A stretch of 22,446 nt of DNA, taken from positions 1-22,446 of the forward strand of contig CAZBPC010000053.1 of the NCBI GenBank assembly GCA_964493715.1. Reading direction: 5' to 3'. The translations under genes and the position numbers were made by a program. The DNA comes from an uncultured archaeon (GTDB taxonomy: Archaea > Asgardarchaeota > Lokiarchaeia > Sigyniarchaeales > SOKP01). Positions 7,405 to 15,927 of this stretch are shown one piece after another (position 1 is the stretch's first letter; each line of letters begins with the position of its first letter). The notes under the pieces are model-generated. The model made no database searches, was not told the DNA's origin, and worked only from the letters and a program-made list of their open reading frames with translations.

Positions 7405-9225
7405 TTAGTATAGATCCTTTATCACGAACTCAAGGTTTAGATTTCGTAATGTTTCTTCTAAAGGATAAGCATTTTCAGGATTCCAACCAATCTTTTCGCA
7501 ATACCCTTTATAATCTTCTAAATAATCTGCTGTTACTGTTCTTTCGGGTAATCTATTTTTAATAATATCTATACCCTCTCTTAGTGTGAATACTTGTCTC
7601 AATGTTTGGATTCTTTGACCTGTTCTAATCGCTTCGGAGATATCCAAATCCCATCCTGTAACCGCTTTGACTAATTCTAATAAGGGATATTTCTGAAACA
7701 CGTACATAAATTCACATAATCCAAGACTATGAGTAAACTGCATTATCGCTGTAAACAACTTTTCAGCTTCACTTCTATCTTCACCCGGACGTTTAAATTT
7801 TTTTGGTAATGTAATTCCTTCAAATAATCCATTTGGTTTAATTATCGGACCCATTACAAAGAAATCCAAACTTGCTGTAGTATGTCTACCGGGTGTAGGA
7901 TCAAAAGCAAAAGTTGTACCCATGTTTTTATAATATTTTGGGGAATGCATGCCCAACTCTTGACCCATTGAGTGCATAGCATATTCCGATCCTTTCCCTA
8001 ATTTTTGTGCTGCTATTTTAGAACCATCTGCCAGTAAATCACCAATCCCTTCCCTTTTTATTATTTTATTTAATAACTCAATTATTACCTCTGAATTTCC
8101 CCAAGTCAATTCAAGTCCATCAGTATCATCCTTGGATAATAAATTATTTTCGTAACATTCGATTGCAAATGCAATTGTTGCACCAGCAGAAATTGTATCA
8201 ATTCCCGCGCGATTACATAAATCATTCGCTTTAAATATTGACATAAGATCGTCGTTAAGTAATAGATGCCCAAAACTGGCACAAGTTTCATACTCTGGTC
8301 TATGAGTTTCTTCTAAATTGACTTCCGGTACTTTCATAATTGCACCACAACGAACGGGACATGAGAAACATCCATATGATTTTTGCTTATATTTGTCTAT
8401 TTCAATACCTGATATTTTTGATAATCTCTCCGATGGAAATTCTTCTTTTGTTCCTCCCCAATTCTTGCAAGGAGTATCTCCTATTTGAAATAAAATCTCA
8501 TTTCCCATTGTAGTTCCTAATGTTCTATATCCCTCAATTCCACCTGCGGTAGCATTGTTAATGCCCTCATTATAATCTTTTGTATGCTGTATGAGAGCAT
8601 CCTTATCTGCAACCTCAATTTTTTTTGTTCCTTTGAGAACAATAGCTTTAAGTTTTTTAGATCCCATAACAGCTCCAAATCCAGATCTTCCGGCAATTCT
8701 AGCTTTATCATTAACAATTCCAGAAATTAAACTTAAATTTTCCCCTGCCTGACCAATACTAGCAATTTGGACACTTCCATGTTTATCTTTCAGCATATTT
8801 TCTGTTTGAACAACGTCCAAACCCCATAGATCTGAAGCGTCTACTATTTGCCTCTCATCTTCAATAATTGTCACGTATTTTGGGTTATTTGCCATTCCCT
8901 TAATCAGTATTGCATCAAATCCACACTTCTTAATTTCGGGACCAAAATATCCTCCGCAGTTTGAGTCTCCCCATGTTTTTGTAAGTGGAGATTTACCCGC
9001 TACCATAAAACGACCTGATAAAGGTGCGACTGTGCCAGTTAATAATCCTGGAAAAAAACCAAATATCGCATTTGGACTCATTGGATCTGTATTAGCAGGC
9101 ATATTTTCATAAATTAACTTAGTGGCGAGACCATATCCCCCTAAATATTGTCTATAAATTTCTTCAGATAACTCTTCCTCCTCAAATTTCTCAGTAGAAA
9201 GATCTATCCATAAAATTTTTCCCAT
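7405..9225 (-). CDS. aor: Tungsten-dependent aldehyde:ferredoxin oxidoreductase family protein
   Basis: KSPLT, AGRSGFGAVMGSKKLKAI, CFSCPVRCG, PEYET, GIDTIS and SLGLC motifs; the true start may lie 5-6 codons upstream (in-frame IIPNGY precedes MGKIL). Confidence 0.92.
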   Translation of the reverse strand: MGKILWIDLSTEKFEEEELSEEIYRQYLGGYGLATKLIYENMPANTDPMSPNAIFGFFPGLLTGTVAPLSGRFMVAGKSPLTKTWGDSNCGGYFGPEIKKCGFDAILIKGMANNPKYVTIIEDERQIVDASDLWGLDVVQTENMLKDKHGSVQIASIGQAGENLSLISGIVNDKARIAGRSGFGAVMGSKKLKAIVLKGTKKIEVADKDALIQHTKDYNEGINNATAGGIEGYRTLGTTMGNEILFQIGDTPCKNWGGTKEEFPSERLSKISGIEIDKYKQKSYGCFSCPVRCGAIMKVPEVNLEETHRPEYETCASFGHLLLNDDLMSIFKANDLCNRAGIDTISAGATIAFAIECYENNLLSKDDTDGLELTWGNSEVIIELLNKIIKREGIGDLLADGSKIAAQKLGKGSEYAMHSMGQELGMHSPKYYKNMGTTFAFDPTPGRHTTASLDFFVMGPIIKPNGLFEGITLPKKFKRPGEDRSEAEKLFTAIMQFTHSLGLCEFMYVFQKYPLLELVKAVTGWDLDISEAIRTGQRIQTLRQVFTLREGIDIIKNRLPERTVTADYLEDYKGYCEKIGWNPENAYPLEETLRNLNLEFVIKDLY

Positions 9226-9460
9226 ATATCCATTTGGTATAATTTTTGTTCCCCTTTTTGTTAATTTTTTTTTTATTAGTAATTAATATTTAGATATTAA
9301 TTTAAGTACTTCTTCGAATACTTTAAAAAAGTTTTAAGCTTTATGTAAAATAAATATTCTATTGCACATTTTGTATTTCTTTATACTAAAAAAAAGAGAA
9401 TTTATATCGATTTTATTGTTTAAATTATGATATAAAATAAAATACTAATTTTTTCAAAAG

Positions 9461-10126
9461 TTAAAATTGTTTTCGATTGAAAACGATTATTGATATTCCA
9501 ATAAATAACACTGTCATACTGACTCCTATAATTAATGCAAACATAGATGGATTAATAAAATCGATGAATATAGTTGCTAATATTGAAACTGCAGATACTT
9601 GATTGCCAATATATACCGATAATATAACTGCAACTGGAACAGATGATACTAAGATACCAAAAAATATTCCGATTGAGCAAGAAATTGACATGGCAGCTAA
9701 ACTAATGGAAAGAGAATCTAAAGTATTTTGTAATATATTATAATCTGGTACACTACCTGAGGTATATGTATCAATAATTAATCCTGTTATAAGTGAAATT
9801 CCAGTAGCAATAATTAAACATAAGTACACTGCAAAATATTTTGCGAGCAGAATGGAATATCTTGGTACTGGTTTTACTAAGAATAAATCATAAACATGAT
9901 GTGATTTTTCATTTGCTATTGACGTGCTAAGAAGGGCAGCTGAAAGGGTCCCACCTATGCTAGAAATTAAGAGTGCTACTAAAAATGATACGGGTAGTTC
10001 TTCTAAATCCGGATTTAAGAAATGCAATAATAGTGTTAAGAAAGGCATTCCAAACCATAAAATCAACATTACTTTCGATTTATAAAAACCCTTTAGCTCA
10101 TCAACAAATAAGATTCTTAAATTCAT
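9461..10126 (-). CDS. ABC-2 type exporter permease
   Basis: About six hydrophobic segments; SIANEK...LFLVKPV.R..ILLAKY motif; ATGA overlap with the ATPase gene. Confidence 0.85.
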   Translation of the reverse strand: MNLRILFVDELKGFYKSKVMLILWFGMPFLTLLLHFLNPDLEELPVSFLVALLISSIGGTLSAALLSTSIANEKSHHVYDLFLVKPVPRYSILLAKYFAVYLCLIIATGISLITGLIIDTYTSGSVPDYNILQNTLDSLSISLAAMSISCSIGIFFGILVSSVPVAVILSVYIGNQVSAVSILATIFIDFINPSMFALIIGVSMTVLFIGISIIVFNRKQF

Positions 10127-11082
10127 TGATTATCACCTCTTATGTATTTTAAATATACATCTTCCAAGCTTGGTTTGATAGTTTTGAAATTTCGAATTTT
10201 AGATTTGTTTTGGATTAAAAAACTTAAAATTTGATTAATTGCATTATCTAAATTGAACTCTGGTTTTAAGTGTAAAACCTGTTTATTTGAAGCTAATTTA
10301 TCCAAAGTATGAATACATGACAGTGAATCCACGTTTAGAAATATTTTATTATCATTAGCATATTCAATTTCAATTTCATTTCCAATATTGAATTCATTTT
10401 GCAGTTCCTCAGGTGTTCCTATTCGTAATATTTTGCCTTGATTTAAAATTCCAACTTTATTTGCTACATCTTGAACATCTGAGAGAATATGTGAAGAGAA
10501 TAAGATGGTTTTTCCTTGCTTGCTTAATAACTTGATTAGATTCTTAATCTGATACCTACTTGACGGATCTAAACCGGATAAAGGCTCATCAAGTACTAAA
10601 ATCTCAGGTTCATTGATAAGGGCTTGAGCTAACCTTAATTTTTGGAGCATGCCTCCTGATAAATATTTAACTTTTTTATCCCTCTCATCTAATAGATTAA
10701 CAAAATCTAAAGTCTTTTGAATCCTTTCCTCCAAGACATTAGCTCTTAGACCGGATAATAATCCAAAAGTATACATAACATGGTTTACAGTCCTCCATTC
10801 TTGAAATCCCGCATCTTGCGGATGATATCCTACAAATTTATGGATTATATGATGATCTTTGGCAATATCTTTCCCATTAAAATAAACCGTACCACTATAA
10901 TCTCTAATTAATCCTACAATGATCTTTATTGTAGTAGTTTTACCAGCTCCATTTGGACCTATATATCCAAAAACATCTCCCTTGTTTATTATGAAAGAAA
11001 TTTCATCAAGCGCTAATAAATTCTTATAGTCCTTGGATACATTTTGAAACTTGATTAATTCGCTTGTTTTGTCAGAATACAT
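10123..11082 (-). CDS. ABC exporter ATP-binding protein
   Basis: Walker A GPNGAGKTT, signature LSGGM, Walker B ILVLDEP, SSH switch; ATG 11082 lies 5 nt after AGTGA. Confidence 0.93.
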   Translation of the reverse strand: MYSDKTSELIKFQNVSKDYKNLLALDEISFIINKGDVFGYIGPNGAGKTTTIKIIVGLIRDYSGTVYFNGKDIAKDHHIIHKFVGYHPQDAGFQEWRTVNHVMYTFGLLSGLRANVLEERIQKTLDFVNLLDERDKKVKYLSGGMLQKLRLAQALINEPEILVLDEPLSGLDPSSRYQIKNLIKLLSKQGKTILFSSHILSDVQDVANKVGILNQGKILRIGTPEELQNEFNIGNEIEIEYANDNKIFLNVDSLSCIHTLDKLASNKQVLHLKPEFNLDNAINQILSFLIQNKSKIRNFKTIKPSLEDVYLKYIRGDNQ

Positions 11083-11083
11083 C

Positions 11084-11326
11084 TTAATCACTTTTTGTAA
11101 ATATATTTTTTGTCTCCTTTTTTTCCCATCCTAAGAAACAGTAAACCACTGGACTAATTAATGAAATACAGACTATAATCACAGACCAAACGATTTTATT
11201 ACCCCTAGATTTTCCTTTGTTATTTACTAAATTTATAAGACTTAATAGAATTAAAAAAAGTTGTAAAATAAATAATGGAATTACAAGCATCATTACTTCA
11301 ATTGGTAAAGAAATAATTTTTCTCAC
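11084..11326 (-). CDS. Small two-helix membrane protein, PLDc_N/YxlE-like
   Basis: LFILQLFLILLSLINL...GNKIVWSVIIVCISLISPVVY pattern; first gene of the ABC operon, as in yxlEFG-type loci. Confidence 0.7.
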   Translation of the reverse strand: MRKIISLPIEVMMLVIPLFILQLFLILLSLINLVNNKGKSRGNKIVWSVIIVCISLISPVVYCFLGWEKKETKNIFTKSD

Positions 11327-11368
11327 CTTTCAATTTAGTTATTATTTGAATAGATACTTCGACCATAA

Positions 11369-11434
11369 TAGTGTAATATCATTAACACTTTATAAAAGTT
11401 ACTACTGCAATAGAAACATTTATTACAATAGAAA
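11369..11434. promoter_or_regulatory. Candidate operator repeats for the BlaI-like repressor in the divergent promoter
   Basis: TACTGCAATAGAAA (11403-11416) and TATTACAATAGAAA (11421-11434); inverted copy TATTACACTA on the minus strand (11369-11378). Confidence 0.4.
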
Positions 11435-11485
11435 AACAAAAAGAAATAGTAAAGACGCATTTTTTGATTAAATGAGGATTAAAAT

Positions 11486-11899
11486 ATGGCAGTAAAATCT
11501 GAATTAGGGCCTTTAGAACTTGCAATTATGCAAATAATGTGGTCAAATAAGTCATCAACAGTAAGAGATATACATGAAATTCTAAATAAAGAGAGAAAAA
11601 ATGCTCTAACTACTATTAGCACAACGATGAATCGATTATTCGATAAGGGTTTTTTAACTCGGGAAGTTAATAAGGGTAAGGGTGGTTTATTTTATATTTA
11701 TAAGGTAAAAGAGATAAAAAGTCGTTTTGAAAAGAAAGTTTCAGAAAACTTAGCGAGTCAAATTGTAAAATCTTATGGGAATAAAGCTTCAATGAAAATA
11801 ATTCAAGAAATTTCGAAAAACTACAACGAAGAAGAATTAAATAATTTGCTAGAAGAATTAGAACGAATTAAGCAATCTAAGAATGGTGAAACTGATTAA
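11486..11899 (+). CDS. BlaI/MecI/CopY family transcriptional repressor
   Basis: LGPLELAIMQIMW...TVRDIHE...ALTTISTTMNRLFDKGFLTR winged-helix signature. Confidence 0.92.
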   Translation: MAVKSELGPLELAIMQIMWSNKSSTVRDIHEILNKERKNALTTISTTMNRLFDKGFLTREVNKGKGGLFYIYKVKEIKSRFEKKVSENLASQIVKSYGNKASMKIIQEISKNYNEEELNNLLEELERIKQSKNGETD

Positions 11900-12665
11900 G
11901 AGTAGACCTTTTTTATTGTACTTAATTTTTATAACTTATATTCTGATTACAATCATATTTCCAATTATTTTTTCTGCAATTGAAGCTGCATTTTTTATTA
12001 TTGTCTATCATGTGACTCTCTTCCTGCTTGGTATTCTCTGGTATGCAATTGGTGGAAAATCAATAGTTAGAAAAAATGGGATTTCCATTCTTTCTTATGA
12101 TTCATGTCCCGAGCTTTATGACTATATTTTAGAATGGAATAAAAAGCTGAAGATAAAAAAAAGAGTAGAAATTGGAATGCTTGATGATGGGTTACCTAAT
12201 GCGTTTACTTTATTCAATCATCCAAAGAAATATACTATTGTCTTGTCAGTAGGACTATTTGAGAATTTAGAAAAGAAAGAGCTTGTTGCTGTTCTTTTTC
12301 ATGAACTTTTTCATATATATAATAAAGATGTTTGGATTAAAGCCTCATGTATAATAAGCCGATACCTATGGATTCCTTTTGGTGTATTGTTAGATTCATA
12401 TTTTTCTCGTACGAGAGAAATTCAAGCCGATCTAAAAAGTGTTCAGTATACAAAAGATCCTCTCTCTTTAGCATCGGCTTTAGTAAAGATGGTTAAATGT
12501 TTTATGTTGCATTCTGAATCGAAGTTTAATGCTATTGATGTTTCTAAAAGTTTCTGGATTTTAAATAATTCGATAAAAAAGCAAAATAAATTTAGATATA
12601 CGTTCTTCTCTCGTCATCCTTCTTTAGAGAGAAGGTTACAGAACCTGTTACAAATGAAGATCTAA
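11883..12665 (+). CDS. Membrane zinc metalloprotease, M48/M56 (HtpX/BlaR1-like), without a penicillin-binding sensor domain
   Basis: N-terminal hydrophobic helices; PNAF, HELFH (HExxH), REIQAD, LASALVK and HPSLERRL motifs; overlaps the blaI-like gene. Confidence 0.88.
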   Translation: MVKLIKSRPFLLYLIFITYILITIIFPIIFSAIEAAFFIIVYHVTLFLLGILWYAIGGKSIVRKNGISILSYDSCPELYDYILEWNKKLKIKKRVEIGMLDDGLPNAFTLFNHPKKYTIVLSVGLFENLEKKELVAVLFHELFHIYNKDVWIKASCIISRYLWIPFGVLLDSYFSRTREIQADLKSVQYTKDPLSLASALVKMVKCFMLHSESKFNAIDVSKSFWILNNSIKKQNKFRYTFFSRHPSLERRLQNLLQMKI

Positions 12666-12870
12666 TCATATATAATATAATTGAGATAATATCCAAGCTA
12701 AATCTCAAGATTTTCTAAAATTATATGTTTCAGGATAAAATAAAATTATATCCGTAACTTATCATTTTCCTCATTTGAATGTTTTATGAAAGAAAATGTT
12801 GTATTCTAAATTAGAAGCTTCTCTGAAGTAGATTTAATACAAACTAATTTTTTTCTTTAAATACAATATT

Positions 12871-12882
12871 AAAATAAAAAAA
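12871..12882 (-). terminator. Possible archaeal oligo-U terminator after the ridA-like gene
   Basis: Minus strand reads TAA-CTCCC-TTTTTTT-ATTTT immediately after the stop. Confidence 0.35.
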
Positions 12883-12887
12883 GGGAG

Positions 12888-13265
12888 TTATATAGAAGCT
12901 ATGGCATCTAATTCTAATAGCATTGAAGCTACGGGTAAACCAGATACTTCAAGTGTTGATCTTGATGGAAATTTATCAGTAATGCCATTATCTTCGAAAA
13001 ATTTCTTATAAGTTCTATTCATTTTTCCAAAATCATTCATATCTCTCAAATAAACTTTTATATGAACGATATTTGCCACTGTTCCCCCTGCAGCTTCAAC
13101 GATAGCTTTTATGTTTTCCAATACACTGTATGTTTGTTCTTTAATATCTGTAGCACCTTGTTTAGGACCTTGTCCTGAAATAAATAGTAAATTTCCAACT
13201 TTTACTCCTGGTGTGTATGGACCTGCAACGGGAGTGCCCGGATTTATATGTTCAATATCGACCAT
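12888..13265 (-). CDS. ridA: RidA/YjgF family enamine/imine deaminase
   Basis: GPY, LFISGQ, VYLRDMNDF..MN..Y, PSRS (catalytic Arg) and LLELDAIA motifs. Confidence 0.88.
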   Translation of the reverse strand: MVDIEHINPGTPVAGPYTPGVKVGNLLFISGQGPKQGATDIKEQTYSVLENIKAIVEAAGGTVANIVHIKVYLRDMNDFGKMNRTYKKFFEDNGITDKFPSRSTLEVSGLPVASMLLELDAIASI

Positions 13266-13283
13266 AATTTTATTTACTCTTTT

Positions 13284-14363
13284 TTAGTAATTTTTACCTC
13301 GAGCGAGAATTTGCCATTTAGCAATATATTCATTATTTTTTATTACATGGATATAATCATACAAATTAATGGTAGGACATATATGTGCGGGAATGAATTC
13401 AAGTTTCTGACCGATCTCTAAGTCTGCACCGATACTTTTTATTTGCGTGTGTTCTTCATTCATAACTCGAATTTTAATTTTGGGTAAATCCCTGATTATT
13501 GGTTTTCCATCACCTATTGCAATTGCCTTTGTACCAGCATCTAAAGTGAACTCGTTTTTTCCAGTTTGGTTTTGAACCGTGCTCAATACAGTCACTGCGA
13601 TATCAAAGATGGGATTGACCCGAAATAGATGTTCATCTGAAAATACGTAGGTTCCAGGTTGAATTTCTGTAATACCTTCACACATTGCCGCATGCATGTA
13701 AGTAGCAGAGCCAGAAGTTGAAATATAGTCAATATTAAAGCCATTCTCATTAAGTAAGACTTTAGTCTCATTTAAAAAGCTCATGCATTCCCTTGTCATC
13801 ATTTCTCTTTGTTCGACATTCATCATTGGAGTTAAGTGACCTTCATAACCCTGTAATCCAACTAATTTAACTCCCGGAGTATCGCGAATAAATTTGGCTA
13901 ATTCTAAAGCATGTTCACCTGGTTCCACTCCCGCTCTCCCCAATCCTAGATTTATTTCAAGCAATACCTCAAGCTCAACATCTGCTTGAGTTGCATATTT
14001 ACTCAGATCTAATATGTTCTTTTTTGAGTCAACAACACATCTTACTAAGATATATTTATTTAGCATGACTAATCGCTTGATATGCTCGACATCAATAACT
14101 TGATTTGCTATTAAAATATCATCTATGCCCGATTCTGCAAAAATTTCAGCTTCTCCGACTTTCGCTACTGCAATTCCCTTTGCTCCCCCTTCCTTTAAAA
14201 TCATATGTGCAATTATTGGCATTTTAGCAGTTTTAAGATGAGGTCTCAAGTTTATACTTGTGTTTTTTACAAATTTTGCCATTGTTTTTATATTTTTTAA
14301 CATCGCATCATAATTTAAAACGAGTGCCGGCGTTGATATGTCTGATTTCCAACTATCATCCAT
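13284..14363 (-). CDS. Fold-type III PLP enzyme, D-threonine aldolase/D-serine dehydratase (DSD1) family
   Basis: TPAL, LRPHLKTAK (PLP Lys), GRAGV, GYEGH, EIQPGTYVFSD, DAGTK, NEEH and PAHICPTINL motifs. Confidence 0.9.
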   Translation of the reverse strand: MDDSWKSDISTPALVLNYDAMLKNIKTMAKFVKNTSINLRPHLKTAKMPIIAHMILKEGGAKGIAVAKVGEAEIFAESGIDDILIANQVIDVEHIKRLVMLNKYILVRCVVDSKKNILDLSKYATQADVELEVLLEINLGLGRAGVEPGEHALELAKFIRDTPGVKLVGLQGYEGHLTPMMNVEQREMMTRECMSFLNETKVLLNENGFNIDYISTSGSATYMHAAMCEGITEIQPGTYVFSDEHLFRVNPIFDIAVTVLSTVQNQTGKNEFTLDAGTKAIAIGDGKPIIRDLPKIKIRVMNEEHTQIKSIGADLEIGQKLEFIPAHICPTINLYDYIHVIKNNEYIAKWQILARGKNY

Positions 14364-14497
14364 TATTACTCACTCTGTGTAAAAATCTAATTCAATCATA
14401 GATAAAAATATAAAATCGAATTTAAATTATTGAGAATCGTAAAAATTATTTGAAACCCCTTTTTTATATTCTTATTCATATTTATGAGATTCTAATA

Positions 14498-15847
14498 ATG
14501 TCTAAGAAATTTTCTACAGAACCTTTACGAGGAATGGAAGATTATTATCCAGATGATTTAAGAGAGCTTAACTGGATTATTGAAAATATTAAAGACGTGG
14601 CTGAACGATATACATTTGAAGAATTCGAGAGTCCTCAATTGGAACCCATTGAAATTTTTGCCGCGAAATCATCTGAAGAACTGGTGAATGAGCAGTCATT
14701 TATTGTGGAGAAAAAAGAAGGCGAAAGACTCATATTAATTCCTGAATTGACTCCTAGCTTAGCACGCATCATTGCGAAAAAAAGTCAAGAACTTAAAAAA
14801 CCAATAAGATGGTTTTCCAATCCAACGTGTTTTCGGTATGAAAGACCGCAACGTGGCCGTAAAAGACAGTTTAAGCAAATAAATTTCGATATTTTAGGAG
14901 AAGAGAGCTTATTTGCTGACTTAGAGATCTTCAGTATAATTGTTGACATTTTCAAGCAATTTGGAGCAGATCAGGACCAATTTCAAATTTGTTATAATAA
15001 CAGAAGATTTATCGATGCTCTGTGTGAGATCGTTTTAAAAGTGCCTAAAGAAAAATTATCATTGATATATAAAATTCTAGATAAATCAGATAAGATGGAG
15101 TTAGATGAATATGAAAAATTTGTCATCGATTCATTCCAAGATGAATCAATCGTGCAAGACATCAATAAAATAAAAGATGCTGAAAGCTTGAATGGTTTAT
15201 TGTCAAACTTTGATACAATTCCAAAAGAATTCTTTGAAACCGAGGGATATAAAGAACTAAATGGATTTATCCAACTGTTGGATGATGCCAACATCTCAGA
15301 ATATTGCACTTTTTCACCTAAAGTAGTTCGGGGACTAGATTATTATACTGGAATTGTTTATGAAGTATTTGATACTGGAACAGAAAATAGAAGAAGTATT
15401 TTTGGAGGTGGGAGATATGATGATTTGGTTTCCCTATTCTCAGATGATAAAATTACCGGAACGGGATTCGGTATGGGAACGTTGATGCTCTCCTTATTCT
15501 TGAAATCATATGATCTAATACCCGAAGAAATCCGAAAGAAAGATTATACCGATACGATTTATATCGCTTCAATTAATAATAACGTTTCAAAATATGCACT
15601 TAAATTAGCAAAACTCGTTCGTGATGAAGATTTCCCTTGCATAATAGATTATAGATTCAAAAATCTTGGAAATCAATTAAGTAAGGCGAATGAACTGGGA
15701 GTTTTGATTTCACTAATCATTGGTTCTAAAGAGATGGAACAAAATGAAGTCACGATAAAGAATATGAAAAATGAAAAGCAAAAAACGATAAAAATTGATT
15801 CTTTAATTGAAGAAATTTATAGCATCATTGAAAAATTCGCCGCTTAG
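14498..15847 (+). CDS. hisS: Histidine--tRNA ligase
   Basis: RGMEDYYP, PELT, FRYERPQRGRKRQFKQ, VRGLDYYTG and GGGRYD motifs with a C-terminal anticodon domain; ATG 14498 follows a TATA-like TTTATATT at about 14463-14470. Confidence 0.96.
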   Translation: MSKKFSTEPLRGMEDYYPDDLRELNWIIENIKDVAERYTFEEFESPQLEPIEIFAAKSSEELVNEQSFIVEKKEGERLILIPELTPSLARIIAKKSQELKKPIRWFSNPTCFRYERPQRGRKRQFKQINFDILGEESLFADLEIFSIIVDIFKQFGADQDQFQICYNNRRFIDALCEIVLKVPKEKLSLIYKILDKSDKMELDEYEKFVIDSFQDESIVQDINKIKDAESLNGLLSNFDTIPKEFFETEGYKELNGFIQLLDDANISEYCTFSPKVVRGLDYYTGIVYEVFDTGTENRRSIFGGGRYDDLVSLFSDDKITGTGFGMGTLMLSLFLKSYDLIPEEIRKKDYTDTIYIASINNNVSKYALKLAKLVRDEDFPCIIDYRFKNLGNQLSKANELGVLISLIIGSKEMEQNEVTIKNMKNEKQKTIKIDSLIEEIYSIIEKFAA

Positions 15848-15927
15848 AGAAATATAAATAAATTCTCTTTTTAATTTGAAATACTTGATCGGATATTTAA
15901 AATCTATAAAGAACATAATAATAATTA

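Noticed and set aside
3033-8717. Short track ORFs 3033-3239, 4566-4757, 6023-6268, 6904-7092, 8106-8291 and 8517-8717
   Set aside because: Antisense or alternate-frame shadows of conserved genes
12681-12708. TTGAGAT...ATCTCAA inverted repeat after the protease gene
   Set aside because: A 7-bp AT-rich stem with a 14-nt loop is expected by chance; at most a weak terminator
14450-14497. TTG-started 16-aa N-terminal extension of HisS
   Set aside because: It spans the TATA-like element; ATG 14498 gives the normal HisRS N-terminus
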